NCBI RefSeq assembly: GCF_030684315.1
Contig: NC_081385.1
Coordinates: 21,481,247-21,545,246 of the forward strand
DNA from: Stegostoma tigrinum
Lineage: Eukaryota
DNA length: 64,000 nucleotides
Direction of reading: 5' to 3'
A program made the position numbers and the translations under genes. The notes under the pieces were generated by a model, which worked only from the letters and a program-made list of their open reading frames with translations, ran no database searches and was not told the DNA's origin. Of the stretch, positions 13,565 through 26,400 are shown one piece after another. The first letter of the stretch is position 1. The number at the start of each line of letters is the position of its first letter.

Positions 13565-14830
13565 AGCCCTAGGCTTTGCCTCCACCACATCTGCTCCCAA
13601 AATGAGGCGTCCCACTCCCGGGCATCCCAGGTGTCCTCGTTTGTCAAGGACCACAACTCCCCCTCCACAGTGGTTGAAAACACCCTCAACCCTGTCTCGC
13701 GCGTTCCCTGCACTTCAGCCCTCACACTCCCTACCCACAATAACACCCAAAACAGAAGCCCCTCATCCTCACGTATCACCTCATCAACAACAGGTTTCAA
13801 AGCATGATCCTCTGCCATTTCTGCCACCTACAATCGGAACCCACTACCAAGGATATTTTTCTCTCCCTACGCTTATCTGCTTTCCCGAGACACCGCTCTC
13901 TCCATGGCTCTCTCGTCTGCTCCACACTCCCCACTAGCTCCAGCACCCCGGCACTTTTCCCTGCAACCACAGGAAGTATGACACCTGCCCCCTCACCCCC
14001 ATCCCATGACCCAAGAAAACTTTCCATATTAAACAGATATTCACCTGCACATCTGCCAATGTGGTATATTATATCTGCTGTTCCTGATGTGGCCTCCTCT
14101 ACATCAGGAAAACCAAGCACAGGCTTGGAGACCATTTTGTGGAACACCTACACTCGATTCTTGACAAACGACAACACCTCCCTGTCTCAAACCACTTCAA
14201 CTCCCCCTCCCTCGATGACATGTCCATCCTGGGCCGCCTCCAGTGCCACAATGATGCCACCCAAAGACTGGAGGAGCAGCAGCACCTCATTCTGCTTGGG
14301 AACCCTGCAGCCCAATGGTCTCCATGTGGACTTCACATGCTTCAAAATCTCCCCTCCCCCACCGCATCCCAAGACCAACCCATCTCGTCCCTGTTTCCTT
14401 GACCTGTCCATCTTTTCTCCCACCTGTCTGCTTCTCCAACCTCACTGACTAACCCCCAGCTCCACTTCCTACCTACTAGATTCACCCCCACCTCCTTGAC
14501 CTGTCCCGTCTTTTCTCCCACCTACCTGCCCCTCCCTCCCTCCCCACTGACCAATCCCCATCCCAACTCCCGACCTACACTCACCTTTACTGGCTTCATC
14601 TCAGTCTCTTTGACCTGTTCGTCTTCTCCGCTCCTCTCTAAACCTTCTATTGTTGCCTCCCCCCTCTCTATTTATTTCAGAACCCCCTTCCCCGCCCCCA
14701 TTCCTGAAGAAGGGTCTAGACCCAAAACATCTGCTTTCCTGCTCCTCTGATGCCGCCTGGCCTGCTGTGTTCCTTTAGTCCTTCACCTTGTTATCTCAGA
14801 CTCCAGCGTTGGCAGTTCCTACTATCGCTA
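13565..14830 (+). mobile_element. Penelope-like element 3' part, same family as 3271-3922
   Basis: LCLHHICSQNEASHSR and EHLHSILDKRQHLPVSNHFNS...LEEQQ; decayed hammerhead core at about 14704-14731. Confidence 0.8.
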
Positions 14831-14834
14831 GATG

Positions 14835-15010
14835 TATCAGTGAACCAGATGGACTTCTTTTTACCGCAACGGACGTTTACATGGTCTCTGTCAGGCTAGC
14901 TTTTCCATTGCAAACTTGTGTGTTTTGATTAAATTCAAATTTCACCATCTGCCATGGCTTGTTACACTGGATTACTAGGCCAGTGACTTTACCTCTACAT
15001 CATCCCCATT
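14835..15010 (-). mobile_element. DeuSINE-like SINE fragment
   Basis: Reverse-complement similarity to the 5' half of 2361-2715. Confidence 0.55.
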
Positions 15011-17524
15011 CCTCAAGCATTACCCCATCTGCTGCAGGGCTTTCTACATGCTGTCCTTAAAAAGCTCTCCTGGATACATTTTAATAATTCCGCTCTGTCT
15101 AAGCCCTTCACACTTCATATATCCCTAAATTCCAGGAAGGCAAAATCCTCTAATATTATCCTATTCACTTTATGCTTCACTGAGATTTGCCTATATACTA
15201 CCCTTTTATTTCTTACTGTCAGGTTGACTGTATAGAACATAGAACAGTACAGGCCCTTCAGCCCATGATGTTGCGCCGTGGAATAATCCTAATCCAAAAA
15301 TAAAATAACCTAACCTACATTCTCCACAATTCACTGCTGTCCCTGTGTATGTCCAGCAGTCGCTTAAATAAGAACATGTTTAATAAATGTATTGTTCCCT
15401 TTGTTTTCACGTTCTCTCTCTTGAGGAACCTTCTAAAACCGTCTATTGTGGTAATTGATTCTTTGATCAATATTGCAAAACGATCTCTTCTGTTACACAC
15501 TCCTCCCGGCCCTGCCTAAAGATTCTATACCCCAGAATTATTGAGCTGCCCTTCCCTCAACCATGTTTCTATGATAGCAATGATATAAATCCCCAGGTGT
15601 TAAACCACACTGTCAAAACACCTGCCTTCCTCGTAAGACTCCTTTCATTCAAATAATGCTATCCAGCTTTGCCATTCTCCCTCTGTGTCATAACGGGACT
15701 ATACATACTCTGTCTTCCCCACAATTTTGATATTTTCTCCATATTTGTCTGTACACCACCTCTCGTTATCCCTGCCCCTGCCAAATTAGTTTAAAGCCCC
15801 ACCAATTGCAGCAACAAACACCCCATGAGGATGTTAGTCTGGTTTCACTTTATGAAAACCCATCAGATTTATGCAGGTCACACCTTCCCCAAAAACTAAC
15901 CCAGTGATCAGGAATCTCAAGGCCTCCTTCCAGCAGCAACTCCTTTGCGACACATTCACACCACTTGCTAAAATGCAAGGTGCTGACATTTCAAAATTTC
16001 AAGGCAACTGCTCTGTGCATTGATGTAAAATATTCCCTGTTGTAAAAGAATAGTCTTTGTTCTCATGTTTTAGTTTTCAAGGTTACAGCACCTGGACTCC
16101 GAAAACACTGTTCCTAACAAGCCGAATTGAGTCATCTTGTTTAATGTTTTATTTCTCATCTGAGCTTGAATGGAATTTTACTGTAGTTCAAACATCATTT
16201 CATCAACTCCTCTTTGTGGTATATTTTCTGAACCCATTTATTTGTCAGATACTTGTATTTTCAGCCTTGAATTACCCTTCAGGTTTTTTTTATTGCTGCT
16301 CAAATGAACAAAAGCTGGAACAGTAATCAAGAGTGAAGGCCAGGCTGATTTTTGCTCCCTTTGCTTCAGGGGGAAAAAAAATCAGCATGGCCTTCACTCT
16401 TGATGATGGTTGCTAAGATGTGGTGCCCCTCTCTACAAACGTACAGATGCGCAGAATTAAGTGACTTGGCCAAGGCATATCAGAGCTGAGAAAGAAGCAG
16501 AAAAATGCGGAAGTTTTTTGTGGAGAGAAAAATAGAGTTAACACTACATGATGATGGCTTTCCGTCTTAACGGAAAAGAGATCTAGGAATCTGGCACTTG
16601 CCGGCTATCTTTTGTTCACTTTTGATTTTAATTCAGATGTTAATGAGAAATTTATTGCAAAGAGCAGGAGAAGGGATATGCAATGGTATTCACCAATTAT
16701 ATATCCACTCAACTGTTATTCCATTAAAATGGTAAGTTTGAAATTCTTTAACTGCATATTCATTGCAAAGAGTTAGTTCGGAATAACTGGGATGCTTATA
16801 AAACATGCACTGTACATTAAACAAGCAATTCTGATAAAATTTTATGATTCTGCTCCTCAAATCTCTTTCTTATTTTATATCTTCCTCAAAATGTTTGAAA
16901 ATCATCCAAGAAAGCTGTGGCTTCATGGGCAGAGGTCATCCTCTGAGTATGCAATCCTTTTAGCAAGTGTGTTCTGACATCAAAGATAGGAGCTGTTGAA
17001 CAGTAAAGATCACAGACATTATCTAGAATATAAAACATGAGAACTTTTGGTAAGAGGAAAATAAACATAAGTTAGGAACAGATAGATTGTGATCTTTAGC
17101 AAAGAATTAAGGTCACATCAAAAGCAACTGCAAAATAAGAAATTCTGGCAACTGTTCCCCTCCGATCTGCTGACACTACAATTCCTAGAAATAATTATGA
17201 TTAATAAGATTTACCACAGCACAGTTGAAACGGCCTATTGCTTGTCTATTAATTTGGTTTCAGAGTAAAATCTTCTAACTACAATTGTTTTGATAAGAAT
17301 ATGACATCTAGTTCACACTAAAATGGTTATACAAAAGCAAAACAAATGGAACCTGAAACAATGAAAATGTTGGAAATCTGCAATAGGAAAAAAAACTCTG
17401 AACACAGCAGATCAAGCAGCATCTATGGTGAGAAAAATTGAGTCAACATTTCATTTTGATGTCCTTACATCAGATGGCCAGTTTTGAAAAATGATTTTGG
17501 AACTGGAATATTACTTTTTCAAAG

Positions 17525-17845
17525 AATCATCGAATCCTTACAGTGTTGAAGCAGGCAACTGGGCTCATTAAGCCCACACTGACCCTCTAAAGAGCATCCC
17601 ACCAAGACCCACTTCTTAACCGTATCCATGTAACCCTGCATTTCTCATGGCTAATCCACCTAGCCTGTACACCCCTAGACGCCATGGGTAATCCGCCTGA
17701 CTTGCACATCTTTTGACTGCGGGACAAAACCAGTGCACCGGGTGGAAGCCCATGCAAACTCTACACAGTCGCCCAACGCTAGAATTGAACCCGAGTCCTT
17801 GACACTGAGGCAGCAGTGCTAACCACTATGTCACCATGCCACCCC
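17525..17845 (-). mobile_element. HE1-type shark SINE
   Basis: Reverse of gtggcatggtg.c..agtggttagcactgctgcctca...gggttcaattc head, gatgtgcaagt.agg body and CR1-like tail. Confidence 0.75.
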
Positions 17846-20800
17846 AAAGACTTTTTTGTTTTAAGGTTTTCAAGAAATTTTTGGTATTATTTCATTGGAT
17901 ATACCTCCAAAGAGATAATATTGCAAAGTGCTCGGTGTAGTAAAGGCACAGATTGATTTTAAAAAAAATTCTACAAAACTTCATGCTCTGGTAAATTGTA
18001 TTCTTTGCCATATGCATATCCTTTCTTTCTTTTGACATTCTCATCAACCTGATGGGTGTCACCAAATTTTGATGACTTACAATGGTTAGCTTCCTGCCTG
18101 AAAGTGAGTCAGTAAATGGATGGTGGATGGGCAAGAGCATCACCTCCACACCTAAAGAGTAGTCAGTAGTACTGTCAAGAGGGATCTCCTTCAGTTGCCT
18201 GGAAACATCTTCCCTATACAGGTATCAGTCTCCTCTCACTTAAAAACATTCATCTTCCTCATCTCCTTCATGGGCACTCTGCCTGTAGGCAGGTTCTTCA
18301 TTCATTGTCTTCAGTCTTTCTTCATGGCAGCTTCTGTCTGTGGTGGCTTACCATTGCCTTTCATTCTAAGGCAAGACATGGGGACAGGTCCCACATCATC
18401 TTCAGCTGGGACAGGAATCAAACCCACGCTGCTGGGGCTAATATAAGCCAGACATTAACCAATCAAACTAAGTAGTCACCTTCCTTGGTGTACAATCAGG
18501 CAAGCAACTGATAATTGTGCTGTAAAGGCTTGTGCGAGAGAAAACTCAGTCCAGTTACCAGCATTGCCATCATCAGCACTTTACAGAGCGTCTATCCAAT
18601 CAATGGCCAGCAGTTATAATTAGGTTTTCTCTATTGTCTGCCAAACCTATGTTGTTACCTCAAACTAAAGATCACATTGGAACCTAAAGTCTCCCATGCC
18701 ATCAGCAACACTAAAGGGCTGAGGCCATTACGTCAATCCTTCAAAAAAAAACATAACTACAGCAACATAACCCAAACTGCTGGTAATTAAACTTGAAGTT
18801 CCTTTTTGAACCAGGACCAAAACAGTTGAGCTCTTCACCACTCTGCAAGTCTGAAAAGGGCAGCATTAAAGACAAACAAAAGCATTTCACACATTTCCTT
18901 TGCTTGCAGAGCTCTCAAAACAGCGTTTTTCACTTACACCTTGCGTCTTGAATGCAGATGATCAAAGCTAGAGATAGTTTATTTTATAATTACAAAGATT
19001 GTCAAGATGCATATCAAATTATAGAGATGGGATTTGCAATGATATACATATCAAATTATACAGCAGACACTGTCAAGTCCAGTGAAATTTCTCCACGTGA
19101 ATCCCAATTTCTGGAGGACTCTAGGACATTAACCTTCTTTACCACCATCCCAAGCCAAATTTGATTGCCAATATTCAAAAAGTGAAATTTCCCTTCCTGA
19201 AATACGTATTTGTGAGCATATTGCATTATTTATAAAATAGCTGTAGAATTAATAGGATAGGTTGTGTGCATTTCTGTTACAGGTGCCATGGTGGTCTTGG
19301 GTCACAATCTGAACTGGAGCAATCTCAGACGAGTTGCTTTGCACATTAAAGGTAGAGGAGCCATCTTTTCCTCCAGTCAAAACAAAATAGAGTCCGAGAA
19401 TGGCAACTTTGATCGAGTACTAAGGCTTTACTGCCAGTCAAAATCAAACTAAAATCTTCACCTCTCACTCATGAGCAAGAAAATCCCAAGAAGACTGTTA
19501 CCCCTTTTTATCAAAACTGCATTGATGAGATGGCTAGACTAATCTTGAATCTTTGTGAAGAGTACTCTCAAAACTCCATAGATTCCAGACATAGAAACTC
19601 CTGCATAATTGTAAAGGTTACACATGCCTTCAAGATCAGACTCCAACACAAGTCACAATGAAATAGGTGAGTTACACTAAAACCTTCTGAGTCAAGTCAG
19701 TGACAGAGGCAAGTTTCATGAATTTACAATAGTTTCCTTGCTGCAGCCACTCATGTTGAAAAATAATGGCCCAACTGAATACATTTAAATTAATGAACTC
19801 AAAATAATGTCATTTAAGCTACAAACTATGAAAAAAGCCTCTACTTCATTGTTTTATGTCATTTGTATGTTATGTGCACAGCACAGGGACTGAGTATTTA
19901 CACATCCCGTTGATGGAAGGTGAAATGCAAAGAATTCTATTTTAGGTCTGCAGCTTATCAGAAATTTGGCCTTGGAATGCCCAGAATAATTTGGTTGACC
20001 TGTCGATTATGCGGGACCTTATGATGCAACTCTCTGGTATGATCAGGCCCAGTTTTGGCACAGAACAGCATTTCTTTTTTGGAACCATAAAAAGGAGAGC
20101 AAACCAGCAGTTCAAATTCACAACAATTCTCAAGTTTCATATTCTTTTCTACATGAGCTACAATCAGGAGCAATGAAAGACATTAACAAAGGAAATTCAA
20201 GCAAATTAATAAATACAGGATCTTCCTCAGAAACTGCCAAACTGTTGAATTCAATGCGCTTTTGGCTGTATTTATCATGTAAAATGTTGAATTTTTCAAT
20301 CTCTTCTTTAAGGCAATTGAGCTATGTTTTATAAACTATCTTCATTCAGGGTCAAGGTTTTGCCTTGTGAATTGTTATTTGAGAATATTTTCACAAATAT
20401 CACAAAGGAAGTTCTCCTGGTTATCATCAATGCAAAATTATTTGGTGGTCTTGAACTAAAATTATACTTGGTGCGATTCGAAGATTTTGATGGTCAGCGC
20501 CACCTTCTAGTGGCTGTTTCTAGAAATGCAGCTTATTCTCTTTCCTGTTCTATTTGAAAATACCTTCTCTAACAGTAATCTGAAATTGGATTCAACATTC
20601 AAAAGGTAACCAATCCAACACTGCAATTTTTTTTTCTAAATTTCTGCATAATTGTTTCTATCTTGCATCTCTGCAACATACTGGCAAAAAAAAAGCAGAA
20701 AACAGACAACAGGGTATTACCCAGTTTCAATGAAAATTTATCCAAGTGAAAAATGGGATGACAATAGTTGGATGATTGGTGACCAGCACAATTACTATGA

Positions 20801-21489
20801 ATCAAAAGGAGCATTGTATATGCTGCAGGAACTCTGACTCTCTTTGGGATCAACAAAGCCCTTGCTCAAACTCCACTCCACAGAAAGAATGTGGCTAGCG
20901 AGCCCTCACTCTCTAGTGAAAAGTTCAGCCACAGTAAAACCTTTAGCTGTTTGAGTTACTTCTAATTAAGCAAGTTATCCCCCTCTGTGACCTGGAGGGT
21001 AGATTTGCTCATTTTCATCCTATCATCAGCTAGTCTGTCAAATCCATACCTAGATGAAAGTACAGCATCCAGGTTCTAATTTCTAAACTTCCCAAACTAA
21101 CTAACCTTCAATCATTCCACATCAATGAAGCACAATAGTCACTATCATAGTCAGGAGGAATACATGTGGACAGAACGTTATGCGACAGAATGTCCCACAG
21201 TGCATCACACAGATATCCAAATCACCTCTTCATAGATGTATCCTCCTCGTACAAATAACTCAAGTCATTTGACCTCTTGTTTGCATAATTTGGGGTGAGA
21301 AGTATAAGTGAGATTGCATCATCCTTAAAAAGTTACCTGATTTGTCAGCTACACAGGAGCTTGTTCTTCCTCTTCCTGTTATGAAAATAGGATGGCCAAG
21401 GAATATTCGGGGTGAGGGATCTAAAGAAATGCTTTAAATTGTCACAAGGAAGGATAGATATTTGTAGTCAGAAACACAAGGATGGTTTT

Positions 21490-23470
21490 AGATGCCAATT
21501 CCAACTGTCCATACTCAAACACAGCTACACTCCCCCTCCTCTTGGACACCATCCCAAGGCCTCCTACCCTCCCTTGACCTCTTTATCTCTAACTGCCATC
21601 GAGACATCAATCACCTCAACCTCTCCACCCTCTCACCCACTCCAACCTCTCTCCCACAGAACATGCAGCCCTCCCTTCCCTCCGCTCCAACCCCAACCTC
21701 AGCATAAAATCCACAGTCAAGAGGGGCGCAGTTGTAATACAACACACTAATCTCTACATCGCCAAGGCCAGACCACCTTTTTGATCATGACCCCACCCCC
21801 GACCACCAAAACATCATCTCCCAGACCATCCACAACCTCATCACTTCAGGTGATCTCCCACCCATACCCTCCAACCTCATCATTCCCCAACCCCACACCG
21901 CCCACTTCTATCTCCTTCCCAAAATCCACAAACCGTACTGCCCTGGTCAACCCATCGTCTCCGCCTGCTCCTACCCCACCAAAATTATCGACTCAATTTT
22001 CTTCCCTTTGGTCCAGGAACTCTCCACCTACATCCGTGACACCACCCACGCCCTCCACCTCCTGCAAAACTTCCAATTCCCTGGTTCCCAACACCGCATC
22101 TTTACCATGGATGTCTCATCCCTATAGACTTGCATTCCCCAAAGGCTCTCTGCTCCTTCCTGTCCCACAGGCCTAACCAGTCCCCCTTCAATGACACCCT
22201 TATCTGAACTCATCCTCACCCTTAACAACTTCTCCTTCAATTCCTCCCACTTTCAAAGGTATTGGCCATGGGCACATGCATGGGCCCAAGCTATGCCCGC
22301 CTCTTTGCAAAATACATAGAACAATCCATCTTCTGAAGCTACACTGGCCCTACACTGGTTTGTGGATTTTGGGAAGGAGATAGAAGTGGGCGGTGTGGGG
22401 TTGGGGAATATTGAGGTTGGAGGCTGTGGGTGGGAGATCACCTGAAATGATGAGGTTGTGGTTGGTCTGGGAGATGATGTTTCAGTGGTCAGGGGTGGGG
22501 TCATGATGAAAGAGGCAGTAGGAGGTGCTGTCAGAGAGCTGGTGTCTGGCCTTGGCGATGTAGAGATTAGTGCGTCGTATTAAATTAAAGACTCTATCAG
22601 CACCGCCTCATGTTCCCATGAGGAGCTCAAACAGTTCAACCACTTCACACCCTGACCTTACGTTCAGCTCTCTCTCCTTCCTGGACCTCTCGGTTTCCAT
22701 CTCTGGCAACCACCAGTAAACTGACATCCATCTCAGGCCTACCAACTCCCACAGCTACCTAGAATACACCTCCCACCCACCTTCCTGAAAAAACGCCAAC
22801 CGCTATTCCTAATTGCTTTGCCTCCATCGCATCTGCTCCCGAGATGAGGCATTTCACTCCCGGACATCCCAGATGTCCTCGTTTTTCAAGGACCGCAACT
22901 TACCCTCCACAGTGGTCAAAAACGCCCTCGACCACGTCTCTCGCATTTCCTGCAACTCATCCCTCACACCCCATCCCTGCAATTACAAAAAAAAATCCCC
23001 TTCATCCTCATTTACCACCCCACCTACCTCCAAATCCAACACATCATCGTCCAGCACTTCCACCATCTGCGATCTGACCCCACTATCAAAGACGTTTCTT
23101 TCTCCCCACCTCCCTAACCTTTGTCCTTCCTCCCACCTATCCACTCCTCCTACCTCAAGCCCCACCCCAACCTCCTACCTTCCACCCTTATCCCGCCTCC
23201 TTGACTTGTCCATCTTCTCTGGACTGATCTACCCCCACCCTAACTCCCCACTGACACTCACCTTTACTGGCTCCATCCCCACCTCTTTGACCTGTTTTGA
23301 CTCCTCTCCGCCTATCTTCTCCTCTATCCAACTTCCATCCACCCCTCTCTCTATTTCAGAATCCCCTTCCCCGCCCCCATATCTAAAGGTTCCAGACCCA
23401 AAATGTCAGCTTCCCTGCTCCGCTACTGCTGCTTGACCTGCTGTGTTCATCCAGCTTTATGCCTTGTTAT
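21490..23470 (+). mobile_element. Penelope-like element, longer RT-containing copy with internal inverted duplication
   Basis: FYLLPKIHKP, FTMDVSSL and GLAMGTCMGPSYARLF-type RT remnants; same terminus as the other copies. Confidence 0.8.
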
Positions 23471-26400
23471 CTCATAATTCAGTCTCTTGTGCACTATCTG
23501 TGCAAGCAAAGGAAATCTGCATCTGTTGCACCACTTACCATCATTCTGATAATCTTAGATGCATACACTTGAAGCTCAACTTGCAGATCAAGTTGAGAAA
23601 ACATTCACAATTCAAAGTATGTTGTTAGCATTAAAGATCATAACACTCAAATCATTTTCCTGTCTGAAAAACATGCAGTTTCTAGATAGTCAAGAAATCC
23701 ACCATTCATTTTTCTAATACCTCAACGACATATTTCCCAATGCCTTCTAATTTTATAACTTGAGAATATTCACAATATTTTCTTTACCTGTGGATTGCAA
23801 AAAGTTCATTTCAGCCACTGTTTACAAATCCCACTCTCAATTCACCTGTTCCAAAATGTTCATAAATTGTACTATATTGTGGGTTCTAAAGGTTTACCCA
23901 AGTAAAATAAACAAACCTACATGTAATTTTAACATATCCCTACCCGCTTGTTCTCAGATGAAACACCATCAATAAAGATTTCATAATAAGTTATACTATT
24001 GTCGGAGAAACATTCTATGTTCTAACCTGTGACAAAGGATTTACAACTGAAGTGTAAAATAAATCATTAACATCAACGCTTGCATATTAATATGCAGGAC
24101 TAATGCTAATCTACCATCCTGGCTGTCTTAATTTACTAATACTGTAGTCCCTGATAATAGCAAGTATGGCCTTATATTAAGTGTTGTTTCAATTAAAGCA
24201 GCAGTGTTGTTTCAAGATTTAAAATGTGGCAGTGATCTTGGTATTTGCCTATTGAGCAACAGATAACTAACTAAATAGTGCTGCATAATGCTTGACGTAA
24301 CAGCACATCAAAATGTGGAAATGCAGCATGGTAATTTCAAAGATACAAAGCATGAATACTGCCATGCTCATCACAATAGCATTATATTTTGTAAGTATTT
24401 TCATGTTTTGCATTTTTAAACCACAGTTTCTACAGCGACTTGATTGCAGCTGAGATTAATTGGTTTATAGTTGAGTGGCTTCCTTCATAGATAAAATAGA
24501 CAATGTATGATAAAATTGCAGTATGCAAACATAATTTAGTAGGGATTAGAATACTGATGATAGATGACATCATTCAGATTTGGCACTCTGGTTATGATAA
24601 TGGGGGAAAAGCCAAGAAAAATGGTTGTAAAACAATTCCAGACTTGAAAATAGTTCCTGAGCATAATCACTTGAACACCAGCACTGAGATTACTCCTGTC
24701 CTGCATTTATGGAATTTAACATCCTCAGTTTTAACAATGGTGGGGTAACAAAAGGCAGGGCAAAAAGAACTATAATCCTTTAGTTTCAAGGATGTCAGTC
24801 GTTAAACATGAAGGATATCCTGAATGGGGCAAAATTATCACAACTGCAGATAAAGAAACTTCATTCCCGACAAGATTTAGATGTAAGATTTAGATTTAGA
24901 CATTGTAACAGCTCTTCGCCCACATCTACAGTGTTTAAAGAGACTAAAAGGGTGAATATAAACCAGGTAACAAAGACAAGAAAGTCAACTTCTGTCAGCC
25001 CCTCGTGATCTATTTAACTAATATAATGAACACAAATTCTATTTCGGATTAGTTATCAATCTATTATAAAAGGCCAATATTATCTGTGATACCCATTTTC
25101 AGGTCACAGATCAATCATTGTTTACCAAAAGCAGGGAACCGAAGTTACAGATTTACCTTGCATATAAAACATGCACTAGGACAGTAAAAAAAAACTTTAA
25201 ACTGAGACCAAAAATTGCAGCATAAGCATCACATACTTAATACTGAACAATTCTGCAACATACAACTAGCCCTCAGCTGCTCTTAATACTACACAGGCAT
25301 AAGCCACCTAACAGCATGACCTTTCACCTCACATCTACTGTCAACTTGCCATTCTGATGACCAGTGCATGGAAGTGTTTTATTTTAAATTACAGTAACTC
25401 CTAGCTGAAGTATGCATAAATCTAACCTCAGAATTTGACTGATTTTCTTAAAGGTCCGTGCTCAGTACTGATCAGAACAGTTTAACTAAATTACAGTGCT
25501 GGAGCTGATTGCGATAAAATATTTCAGCTGTATTGAAAGTCAATTTTTAGAAGTAATGGTATCCAAATGCAACACTACTATTCTTGGAACAACAAGCCAT
25601 TCCTGTCACACATTCCATCATTCTGTTCCAGAATTGTTGCTATTTATCTTTGCTGCAGATTCCTTGGATAGTCAAAATTTAAAAGGCATTTCAAAGTGAT
25701 TTAGCAGACAGCAAATTTCACCGCACTGTGATGGGGAGGGGGAGGTTTGGAAAATGGGTGCATTTAGTCCAGCATTTCTGTGCAGCCTTTAAAGCCACTT
25801 GGATATGTACTTGAAATGCAGTATTCAATAGGGTAACAGACCAGGATCTTGTGATATCTGGTTGACTACCACAAATTTGATGGGTTGACTGCATCCCTCT
25901 TAGACTGTTAACTTTTCTGTTTCTGCCAACTCAAGTTAAAGGCTACATTTGTTGCCACTGAAACTGCAGGGAGGGTACATTCTCAGCCCTTATAGCTGCA
26001 GTGCTTATGATATCACTACCAGTAAGTAAACTCATTGGAGTAGACCGTAGTGACTTGTTACTTGAATCTGTGGTGATGCAGTGATACAATCTCAAAACAC
26101 AAAGTGCAGTCATGCTATCAAATTTAATAATGGAAAGCTCTACTCACTTAATAGCCCAATTCAGTCTTAACCCTGCAATCTGTCCTCAACAAGATGTCAA
26201 ATCGCCTTTGGCATATTTCTTGGAATTTGCAGCTACTAGATGGCAAGAACGTGGTAGCAGCAATGTCAAGGGAAGCAGCCACTGGAACAATGAGGGGAAG
26301 GCACTACTTCCATCTCCAGTCCAGTGCAGGTACTTGACAATGATTAAGGGAACCAACTGTACAAGTGCATTGGTAAGAGATGCAAAGATACTTCTATGAC

